The notes below the pieces were generated by a model, which was not told the origin of the DNA, did not search any database, and was given only the letters and a program-made list of their open reading frames with translations. This document shows positions 1 through 8,079 of a stretch of DNA of 49,630 bases, in pieces (the stretch's first letter is position 1; each line of letters starts with the position of its first letter). This stretch comes from Thermostichus sp. DRC_bins_24 (GTDB taxonomy: Bacteria > Cyanobacteriota > Cyanobacteriia > Thermostichales > Thermostichaceae). Position numbers and translations under genes: made by a program. The stretch spans positions 1-49,630 of the forward strand of contig JAUQVK010000014.1 of the NCBI GenBank assembly GCA_039794845.1. The letters are read 5' to 3'.

Positions 1-180
1 GTAACTTTAACCAGCACTCAAGCAAATCCCGCCCAAAGCACACCGGTGAACTTGATTGTGACACCTTAATTTACCATGAGTGGTTCTTCGGTTGAAATGC
101 CTGAAGTTTTGTAATATTGAACACAATCAGTGCTGAGGGAACTTCTAAGTTTCTCGTCTTTCCAACAGTTGTAATGTGTA

Positions 181-1587
181 CTAGCTTGTTTTTCCCTTTG
201 CTAGGTTTCCTGCCCAATTCAAAAGGGCATTAACACCTTCTGAATCTTTAGCCTCAGAATACAGCCTAAGCAACGGTTCCGTACCGCTGCCGCGAATCAT
301 CACCCAACTGCCATCAGCGAGGGTGAATTTGTGGCCGTCTTGGTCAAAGTGCTTGATCACTTTTTGCCCCAAAATCTCAGTCGGCGGATCCGTCTGCAGC
401 CGTTGGAAGAGTGCGGTTTGTTGGGTTTGATCGGCGAGGTGAAGATCTCGGCGCAGGTAAACCGAGGTGAATCCGGTTCGTTCTTGCAGGGTGCGGTAAA
501 TATCGCTCAGGTCTTGCTGGGTTTCGCTAACGGCTTCGATTAAATACAGCGCAGACAGCATGGCATCTCGTTCGGGAATGTGGCCCAGGTAGCCAATGCC
601 GCCGGATTCTTCCCCACCCAGCAGCACCGCTGTGCTCATCATGCGCTCGGCAATGTATTTGAAGCCCACGGGCATTTCGGTAACGGGTAGGCCATAGTGC
701 TCTGCCACTTTGACAAATAGCTCTGAGCCACTAATGGTTTTTACAATTTCGCCCCGTAACCCGCGTCGCCCTGCCAAATGATCGATCAAGATGGGGATGA
801 GGATCTGCGGGCTGAGAAAATTTCCCTGACCATCCATTGCGGCAATACGGTCGGCATCGCCATCAAAGACCAAACCCATTTTCAAGGGGGCGGGATCCGC
901 TGCAATAATCTGGGAAGAAGCCTGCAGGTTTTGGGGCAGAGGCTCGGGCGAAAATCCCCCAAATAAGGGATCCCGATAGCCCTGCAATTCGGTGATTTTG
1001 TCGCCCAGCAGGCGGGTGAGGCCACCCGATCCCGAGCCAAACATGGCATCCACCCAAATTTTGGCGGGGGATCCCTTGAGCTTTTCCAAATCCACAAAGC
1101 GGCTTAGTTGGGCCAGGTAACTCGGCCAGGGATCCCAGGTTTGAATCGGGGCCTTATTGGGTTGGGGGGGCTTGAGGTGGTGCATGTCCTGCTCAATGGC
1201 GGCGGTGACCTCCGGCGGTACGGATCCGCCAAACCCTCCTTTTACCTTGAGGCCGGAATAATGGGCGGGGTTATGGCTGGCGGTGATCACCAACGCTCCG
1301 TGGCAGCCTTGCTCTTTGGCCGCCCAACTGAATGCCGGTGTTGGGGCAGCACAGGTGGAAAGGCAGACCGGGATCCCTAGCCCGGCCACAACCTCGGCAG
1401 TATGGGCTGCAAACCGTTCTGAGAGAAAGCGGTTGTCGTAGCCGACCACAATTCCTTCACCGGGGTAGGTGCGGGCCAACACCTGGGCACTGGCCTGGGC
1501 GGCAATGCTCAGCCGTTCAAAGGTAAAGCCCTCCGCGATGACGGCTCGCCAGCCATCGGTACCAAATCGGATAGGGGTATTGGCCAT
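181..1587 (-). CDS. Phosphoglucomutase/phosphomannomutase family protein
   Basis: FGTDG, catalytic TASHNP, metal-binding DGDADR, GEESGG and RGSGTEP motifs; ATG at 1587 preferred. Confidence 0.93.
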   Translation of the reverse strand: MANTPIRFGTDGWRAVIAEGFTFERLSIAAQASAQVLARTYPGEGIVVGYDNRFLSERFAAHTAEVVAGLGIPVCLSTCAAPTPAFSWAAKEQGCHGALVITASHNPAHYSGLKVKGGFGGSVPPEVTAAIEQDMHHLKPPQPNKAPIQTWDPWPSYLAQLSRFVDLEKLKGSPAKIWVDAMFGSGSGGLTRLLGDKITELQGYRDPLFGGFSPEPLPQNLQASSQIIAADPAPLKMGLVFDGDADRIAAMDGQGNFLSPQILIPILIDHLAGRRGLRGEIVKTISGSELFVKVAEHYGLPVTEMPVGFKYIAERMMSTAVLLGGEESGGIGYLGHIPERDAMLSALYLIEAVSETQQDLSDIYRTLQERTGFTSVYLRRDLHLADQTQQTALFQRLQTDPPTEILGQKVIKHFDQDGHKFTLADGSWVMIRGSGTEPLLRLYSEAKDSEGVNALLNWAGNLAKGKTS

Positions 1588-1801
1588 GGTTGGGGTATGC
1601 CTCCAGCACGCTGACACGACAGGTCTCCGTCACACTGACGAGACCGGGTGGATCCTGTCGCATCAAGTCATAACACGAGGGCAGATACAGATGGGCTGTT
1701 GAGGCTCTATTGGCAGAAGTCTCAGCGTTGCCCCAGCTTCTTCTCAGGTGCCCAAGATAGGGTGATCAGCAAGATGCAATGTTGAAAGATGCCCCCAGTT
1801 T

Positions 1802-2518
1802 ATGTTTAGCCTCTTGCTGGTGCTGGTTTTGATCGGGGTAGTTTTTCTAACTCAGCCCCTACAGCGTCTGTTGCATCGGATCCCGCAGCGGTACTGGGTT
1901 TCTCTGGGGGGAGGGATTTCTCTTGCCTATGTGTTCACAGCTTTTTTGGCGGAAGTAACCGACATTCAACAACACCTAATTCCTCTAGAAGTGCCTGTAT
2001 TGGGTTACCTGATTGAGCATATTCACCTGTTGATGCTGCTGGGTATTGTGACGGTGTATGGGTTGGAGGGGTTGGCTCAGTCTTCAAAACAAGAGTTGCT
2101 GTTGCATCCGAGGGTGTTTTGGGTGCATATCGGGTTCTTTGCTTTCTACAACATTCTTCTGGCTTACCTACTGCAACACACCGCCGAGGAATGGCTCAGC
2201 TGTCTCTTGCTCACCTTTGCCTTGGCCATCCACCTCAGCATTGTCTCCAAGGATTTGTTTGAGCAGCATCCCCACCTGTTTTCCAGTCGCGGGCGCTGGC
2301 TGTTGATCGGATCCCTGTTCATCGGTTGGCTTCTGGGGCGGGGATCCCTTCTGCCAGAGATCGCCTTAGCTGCCAGCATTGCCTTTGTGGCTGGGGTCTT
2401 GATCTTTCAGGTGCTGAAGCACGAGTTACCGGAAACCGAAGGGCACTTTGGGGCATTTTTGGCGGGTGTTGTCGGTTTTGCCGGATTGCTGGTGGCGATT
2501 ACCATCATTCAGGCCTAG
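1802..2518 (+). CDS. Hypothetical multi-pass membrane protein
   Basis: 238-aa ORF with about 7-8 hydrophobic segments; family not recognised. Confidence 0.7.
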   Translation: MFSLLLVLVLIGVVFLTQPLQRLLHRIPQRYWVSLGGGISLAYVFTAFLAEVTDIQQHLIPLEVPVLGYLIEHIHLLMLLGIVTVYGLEGLAQSSKQELLLHPRVFWVHIGFFAFYNILLAYLLQHTAEEWLSCLLLTFALAIHLSIVSKDLFEQHPHLFSSRGRWLLIGSLFIGWLLGRGSLLPEIALAASIAFVAGVLIFQVLKHELPETEGHFGAFLAGVVGFAGLLVAITIIQA

Positions 2519-2599
2519 GAGTGAGATCCGGGTACGAATCCAGCTTATGGGTAACAAACCAAGGGATCCCCCTCTGAAACAACTCGGATCTTAAAGAAG

Positions 2600-2640
2600 G
2601 TTTACCCTTTCAAAATCTTCGCTTAACGAGCCATTAACCT
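2600..2640 (+). promoter_or_regulatory. Pho box (SphR/PhoB-type), four 11-bp-spaced units upstream of the first phnD copy
   Basis: gtttaccc(2600), caaaatct(2611), cttaacga(2622), attaacct(2633) resemble the cyanobacterial PyTTAAPyPy(T/A) repeat at 11-bp period, upstream of a P-uptake gene. Confidence 0.65.
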
Positions 2641-2702
2641 TAACCTGCTATTTTTAAAACCGTTCCGTAAAGAAACATTAAGATCCTCGATTCTTAGGTA
2701 CT

Positions 2703-3707
2703 ATGAAAAATCTCTTGACAAGCCGCCGCTCCTTAGTGGTGGGTCTGGTGGCTACCGTGGCCGGTGCTTCTGTGGCCCTGTCCGGACTGGTACATGCCCA
2801 AGCGCAAGACTGCCCCCGTCCCCCGCAAATGGATGCGCGCTTCTGTGACCGCGATGGCGACTTGATTGCCGATGTTCCAGAAGATCCCAGTGAATGGGTG
2901 AACCCCGACACCCTAGTGTTTGCTTATACTCCAGTAGAGGATCCAGCCACTTATGCTGAGCTGTGGTCTGATTTTTTGGATCATCTGGCGGAAGTGACCG
3001 GCAAAGAGATCGAGTTTTTTGGTGTGCAGTCCAACGCGGCTCAATTAGAAGCGATGCGGGCGGGCCGTTTGCATGTGACGGGCTTTAACACGGGTTCTGT
3101 GCCGTTGGCAGTGAATGCAGTGGGTTTCCGTCCCTTTGCCATGATGGCAGCCAAGGATGGCCGCTTTGGCTACCGGATGGAGATCATCGTTCCTGCCGAC
3201 AGCGATATTGATTCTTTGGATGATCTGAAGGGTAAAACTGTTGCCTTCACCTCCCCTACCTCTAACTCTGGCTACAAGGCTCCAACTGCTCTACTGGAAG
3301 CGGAAGTCGGTCTGACAGAAGATGACTACGAGTCCACCTTCTCCGGCAACCACGAAAACTCCATTTTGGGAGTGGCCAACAAAGACTATGATGCCGCTGC
3401 CATTGCTGACCAAGTGCGCCGTCGTGTGGAATCCCGTGGAGCTATCGACCCCAGCGATCTGCGGGTGATCTACGAGTCGGAAATTTTCCCCACCACAGGC
3501 TATGGTGTGGTTTATAACCTGCATCCTGAAGTAGCGAAGAAGGTAGAAGAAGCCTTTTTCACTTTTGATTGGACAGGTACCAAATTGGCTGAAGAATTCG
3601 GCAAATCCGATCCCCCACAGGAAACCTTTATTCCCATTACCTACAAGCAGTATTGGGAAGTAATCCGCCAGATCGATGAAGTGAGTGGTGTTGAGTACAA
3701 GCTGTAA
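2703..3707 (+). CDS. phnD: Phosphate/phosphite/phosphonate ABC transporter substrate-binding protein, copy 1
   Basis: FAYTPVED, TSNSG and SGNHENSILG motifs; N-terminal RR plus hydrophobic signal ending AQA. Confidence 0.88.
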   Translation: MKNLLTSRRSLVVGLVATVAGASVALSGLVHAQAQDCPRPPQMDARFCDRDGDLIADVPEDPSEWVNPDTLVFAYTPVEDPATYAELWSDFLDHLAEVTGKEIEFFGVQSNAAQLEAMRAGRLHVTGFNTGSVPLAVNAVGFRPFAMMAAKDGRFGYRMEIIVPADSDIDSLDDLKGKTVAFTSPTSNSGYKAPTALLEAEVGLTEDDYESTFSGNHENSILGVANKDYDAAAIADQVRRRVESRGAIDPSDLRVIYESEIFPTTGYGVVYNLHPEVAKKVEEAFFTFDWTGTKLAEEFGKSDPPQETFIPITYKQYWEVIRQIDEVSGVEYKL

Positions 3708-3806
3708 ACCCATCCTTGCTGGACTGGGCTAACCCCAACCGGCTAGGTAGAGAATCCAGGGATCCCTGCTGCTGTGGGGATCTTTACTGGATTGAAGCAG
3801 ATGGAG

Positions 3807-3847
3807 ATTAACCTTCCCAAAACCTTCTCTTAGGGCCTCTTTAATCA
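3807..3847 (+). promoter_or_regulatory. Pho box, four 11-bp-spaced units upstream of the second phnD copy
   Basis: attaacct(3807), caaaacct(3818), cttagggc(3829), tttaatca(3840); homologous to the 2600-2640 element. Confidence 0.65.
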
Positions 3848-3914
3848 TGGCCTGCTATTTTTTACCTGTTCCTTGAACAAACGTTAAGACCCAATCCAGG
3901 AGTTGATAGATCCT

Positions 3915-4916
3915 ATGCAAAGTTTCCTGATGAACCGTCGCTCTTTGGTGGTGGGCCTTGTGGCTACCCTCGCCGGTGCTTCTGTGGCCCTGTCTGGCTT
4001 GGTACATGCTCAAGCACAAGATTGTCCCCGTCCCCCGCAAATGGATGCGCGCTTCTGTGACCGCGATGGCGACTTGGTGGCGGATGCCCCAGAAGACCCC
4101 AGTGAGTGGATCGATCCCGATACCCTGATCTTTGCCTATACCCCGGTTGAGGATCCCTCAGTTTACGAAAACGTTTGGGCGGAATTCCTGGAGCACTTGG
4201 CTGCAGTTACGGGCAAGAATGTGGAATACTTCGGCGTGCAATCTAATGCCGCCCAACTGGAAGCGATGCGGGCGGGCCGCTTGCATGTGACGGGTTTTAA
4301 CACGGGCTCTGTGCCGTTGGCGGTGAATGCCGTCGGCTTCCGTCCCTTTGCCATGATGGCCAGCTTGGATGGCAGCTTCGGCTACGAAATGGAGATCATC
4401 GTTCCCGCCGATAGCGACATTCAAACCATCGAAGATCTGCGCGGTCGGCAATTGGCGTTCACTGCCGAAACCTCCAACTCTGGTTTCAAGGCTCCTTCTG
4501 CCTTGCTGAAAGGGGAATTTGGCATGGAGCCTGGGGTTGACTACCAAACCGCCTTCTCTGGCAACCACGAGAACTCCATTTTGGGGATTGTCAATAAGGA
4601 CTACGAGGCGGCTGCTATTGCCAACTCTGTGATGACCCGCATGGCCGAGCGGGGCACCATCGATCCCAGCCAGATCCGCACCATCTACAAATCTCAAACC
4701 TTCCCCACCACCGGCTACGGCTATGTCTACAACCTCAAGCCGGAACTGGCGGAGAAAGTGAAAGAGGCGTTCTTCACCTTCGAGTGGGAAGGCAGCTCTT
4801 TGGCCGAGGAATTTGGCAAAAGTGGTGAGGAGCAATTTATTCCCATTACCTACAAAGAGTATTGGGAAGTGATTCGCACCATTGATGAAGCCAGTGGCGT
4901 AGAGTATAAGCTCTAA
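3915..4916 (+). CDS. phnD: Phosphate/phosphite/phosphonate ABC transporter substrate-binding protein, copy 2
   Basis: Clear paralog of 2703..3707 with the same signal peptide and motifs. Confidence 0.88.
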   Translation: MQSFLMNRRSLVVGLVATLAGASVALSGLVHAQAQDCPRPPQMDARFCDRDGDLVADAPEDPSEWIDPDTLIFAYTPVEDPSVYENVWAEFLEHLAAVTGKNVEYFGVQSNAAQLEAMRAGRLHVTGFNTGSVPLAVNAVGFRPFAMMASLDGSFGYEMEIIVPADSDIQTIEDLRGRQLAFTAETSNSGFKAPSALLKGEFGMEPGVDYQTAFSGNHENSILGIVNKDYEAAAIANSVMTRMAERGTIDPSQIRTIYKSQTFPTTGYGYVYNLKPELAEKVKEAFFTFEWEGSSLAEEFGKSGEEQFIPITYKEYWEVIRTIDEASGVEYKL

Positions 4917-4944
4917 GCTCTCATCCACCTAGGATTTCATGTTC

Positions 4945-4978
4945 AGGGATCCCGTTCTCAGCCAGGGATCCCTTTTTT
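4945..4978 (+). terminator. Probable intrinsic terminator built from two GGGATCCC octamers
   Basis: agggatccc, 11-nt loop, gggatccct, then a T-run, about 30 nt after the phnD2 stop. Confidence 0.55.
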
Positions 4979-5059
4979 GTGCCCTGCAACCGTCTGGATC
5001 GGGCCGGACAGTATCCTCGTTGCAGACCTATCCTGGAGATCCCTGCTTTCTGAGCGCTC

Positions 5060-6979
5060 ATGGCCCTGTTCACCCTCAACTCCGTTCGCAAAGATTTTGG
5101 CATCAAGGAAATTCTCAGAAATGCCAGTTTCAGCCTCGAAGCCGGCGATAAAGTCGGCATCATTGGCACCAATGGCTCGGGGAAATCCACGCTGCTGAAA
5201 ATGATCGCCGGCCTAGAGCCCATCGATGGGGGCGAGCTGTGGGTGAGTGCTGGAGCCAGGATGATCTATCTCCCCCAACAGCCGGAGATGGAGCTTGAAC
5301 ATACGGTGCTGGAGCAGGTGTTTGCCGCTGCCGGAGAAAAGATGCGTCTGATCCGGGCTTATGAAGATCTTTCCCATCAACTCGCGCACCAGGATGGGGA
5401 TCCCGTGCTGTTGGCGCAGTTGGCCAGCATGAGCGAACGCATCGAGGCAGAATCCGCTTGGGATCTGGAAACCCAGGCCAAAACCATTCTCAGTCGGCTG
5501 GGCATTGCAGACTTTCAGGCCCGCGTGGGGGATTTGTCTGGGGGTTACCGCAAGCGCATTGCCATCGCTGCTGCCCTGTTGGCCGAACCGGATGCCCTGC
5601 TCATGGATGAGCCCACCAACCACCTGGATGCGGAATCTGTGGAGTGGCTGCAGGACTACTTGAACCGCTTTGCCGGAGCAGTGCTGCTGATCACCCACGA
5701 CCGCTATTTTTTGGATCGGGTCACCCAGCGCATTTTGGAAATGGATCGGGGGGATCTGTACGCCTACAGCGGCAACTATTCCTACTATCTGGAGAAAAAA
5801 GCGGCTGCCGAAGCGGTTGAAAAGGGATCCCAACGCAAACACGCCAACCTCTTAAGACGGGAACTGGAATGGCTGAAACGCGGTGCCAAAGCCCGCAGCA
5901 CCAAACAAAAAGCCCGCAAACAGCGCGTCGAGGAGCTGCAAAACCACGAGTTCAAACAGGCCCTCGGCCAGGTAGAGATCACCACAGCCGGGCGGCGCAT
6001 TGGCAAAAAGGTGATCGAGCTAGAAGGGATCCACAAATCCTACGGCGACCGCTCCCTCATCCGAGATTTTTCCTATACCTTTGCCCCCGATGATCGGGTG
6101 GGAATTATTGGCCCCAATGGCGCCGGGAAATCCACCTTAATGAACATCCTCATCGGCAGCTTGGCCCCAGATGCCGGACGAGTGGAGATCGGCCCGACCA
6201 TTCACATTGGCTACTTCGACCAACACTCCGACGATCTGAGCGTTAACCCCGAGCAACGGGTGATCGAGTACCTGAAGGAGGTGGCAGAGCTGGTGAAAAC
6301 GGCGGAGGGCGAGACGATCACGGCCTCGCAGATGTTGGAGCGGTTTTTATTTCCCCCCAATCAACACTATGCCCCCCTCCACAAGCTTTCTGGCGGCGAA
6401 CGACGAAGATTGTTTCTGTTGCGGGTGTTGATGCAAGCGCCGAATGTGTTGATCTTGGACGAGCCGACCAATGATCTGGATGTGCAAACCTTGGCGGTTT
6501 TGGAAGACTACTTAGAAGAGTTCAACGGCTGTGTGATCGTGGTGTCTCACGACCGCTATTTTTTGGATCGCACCGTGAATCGCATCTTTGCCTTCGAGGG
6601 ATCCGGCCAAATTCGCCAATACCCCGGCAACTATTCTGTTTATCTCGAGCACAAACAACGGCAAGAGAGCGAGATCAAATCCGCCCAGAAAAGTGCTGAG
6701 CCGGTCACTCCCATCCCCCAACCTGTGGCTGAAAAAGAGCTTGCTAGCGCCACAAAAAGCAAAAAACTCTCCTTCAAGGAAAAACGAGAATATGAGCAGC
6801 TGGAGAGCCAAATCCCCCAAATGGAGGCCGAAAAAACCGAAATTGAACAGATTTTGTATCGCAACCCCCCCAGCGGCTACAGCGAAGTGCAAAAGTTGGC
6901 GGAGCGACTGGCAGACTTAACCGCAGCCATCGACTCTGGCACCGCCCGTTGGTTGGAGCTGGCAGAACGGCTCGATTAA
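5060..6979 (+). CDS. ABC-F family ATP-binding protein (Uup-like)
   Basis: Two ABC domains (GTNGSGKS, GPNGAGKS, LSGG twice, DEPTN twice), no TM segments, C-terminal KLSFKEKREYEQL coiled-coil. Confidence 0.93.
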   Translation: MALFTLNSVRKDFGIKEILRNASFSLEAGDKVGIIGTNGSGKSTLLKMIAGLEPIDGGELWVSAGARMIYLPQQPEMELEHTVLEQVFAAAGEKMRLIRAYEDLSHQLAHQDGDPVLLAQLASMSERIEAESAWDLETQAKTILSRLGIADFQARVGDLSGGYRKRIAIAAALLAEPDALLMDEPTNHLDAESVEWLQDYLNRFAGAVLLITHDRYFLDRVTQRILEMDRGDLYAYSGNYSYYLEKKAAAEAVEKGSQRKHANLLRRELEWLKRGAKARSTKQKARKQRVEELQNHEFKQALGQVEITTAGRRIGKKVIELEGIHKSYGDRSLIRDFSYTFAPDDRVGIIGPNGAGKSTLMNILIGSLAPDAGRVEIGPTIHIGYFDQHSDDLSVNPEQRVIEYLKEVAELVKTAEGETITASQMLERFLFPPNQHYAPLHKLSGGERRRLFLLRVLMQAPNVLILDEPTNDLDVQTLAVLEDYLEEFNGCVIVVSHDRYFLDRTVNRIFAFEGSGQIRQYPGNYSVYLEHKQRQESEIKSAQKSAEPVTPIPQPVAEKELASATKSKKLSFKEKREYEQLESQIPQMEAEKTEIEQILYRNPPSGYSEVQKLAERLADLTAAIDSGTARWLELAERLD

Positions 6980-7950
6980 GGGGAATTTCGTGGCCAGGAT
7001 CCCGTGCTGCGACTGTGCAACAGCACCTGAGAAACCAGGATTAACACCGGCAGCTCAATCAGGGGGCCGATCACCAAAGCCAGCACAATCAGCGGTCGCT
7101 CAGGAAAAGCAGAAGCAGCAATGGCCAAAGAGAGCGGGGAATTGCGAGCCAGGGTCGTACAGGTCAGACAGGCGAACTCTGCGTAGGTTAAATCCAACCA
7201 TCGGCTCACCTGACGGGCCACCCAAAAGTTGAGGGCGAAAAACAAAAGAATGGGAGCCAGCAACCTCAGAAACAGCGCTGGATTTTGGATGAGGAGACTG
7301 CCCTCGGACGCAAAAATACAAACGATGGCCAAATTCAGGCTCAACACCTGCAGGGCGGTGATTTTCTCCAGGGATCCCTGCCACCCAAGGGCTCCCTGGA
7401 TGGATTTGAGGCCGTATTGGGTAAGGGCTGCTGCCAAGAAAGGCAACACAAGCATCCACAGCAAGCTGGCCAATAGGTTCTCAAGGTTGAGCTCAACCAG
7501 ATCTCCCGCCAACAGCAACAGATAAATCGGCAAAAGCAAGATTTGCAGCGCCAAGTTGAGGGGCAGTAGAGCGGTGGCCAACACCACATCCCCACCTGCT
7601 AGGCCTGTAAACACCAAATACCAGTCTGTACAGGGGGTCACCATCAGCATGATCAAGCCAACCCACAAATCCGGCAGATCCGATAAGAAAAGGGCCCCCA
7701 ATCCCCAAGCAAAGGCTGGAGTCCAGAGAAAGTTGATGGACAAACTGGCCAGCACCGCCTTAGAAGCGTGGTAGAGTTGCCTGAATTTCTGAAGCGGAAT
7801 GCCCAAGAACGTCAGGTACAGCAGCAAGGCCAGCAGGGGCTGAACGAAATTCCCCAACACCTGCCCAGAGAGCGACCCCTCTGTGAGTGCCAGCCCCACC
7901 AAGACCGACACCACCACAAACAGAGGTTGGGCTTTTTCCATGAGGTGCAT
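6976..7950 (-). CDS. Arsenic resistance protein / Acr3-like (BASS superfamily) efflux permease
   Basis: MVTPCTDWYLVFT, ARNSPLSLAIA and IGPLIELPVL motifs; about 10 TM segments. Confidence 0.8.
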   Translation of the reverse strand: MHLMEKAQPLFVVVSVLVGLALTEGSLSGQVLGNFVQPLLALLLYLTFLGIPLQKFRQLYHASKAVLASLSINFLWTPAFAWGLGALFLSDLPDLWVGLIMLMVTPCTDWYLVFTGLAGGDVVLATALLPLNLALQILLLPIYLLLLAGDLVELNLENLLASLLWMLVLPFLAAALTQYGLKSIQGALGWQGSLEKITALQVLSLNLAIVCIFASEGSLLIQNPALFLRLLAPILLFFALNFWVARQVSRWLDLTYAEFACLTCTTLARNSPLSLAIAASAFPERPLIVLALVIGPLIELPVLILVSQVLLHSRSTGSWPRNSP

Positions 7951-8079
7951 TAAAGTTTGGTGTCCTCGACTCGGGGTGGCATTCCCAGCTTCTCACCCCT
8001 TGCCAGTGTGGGATCCCACCTCGCAATGGCCCAAGAAACGGCTACAGTAACCTGGAAAGCGTTCCGCTCATTGGGTGCC

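Noticed and set aside
110..125. NtcA-like site TGTA-N8-CACA
   Set aside because: It has one mismatch, and the putative target lies outside the window, so it cannot be supported.
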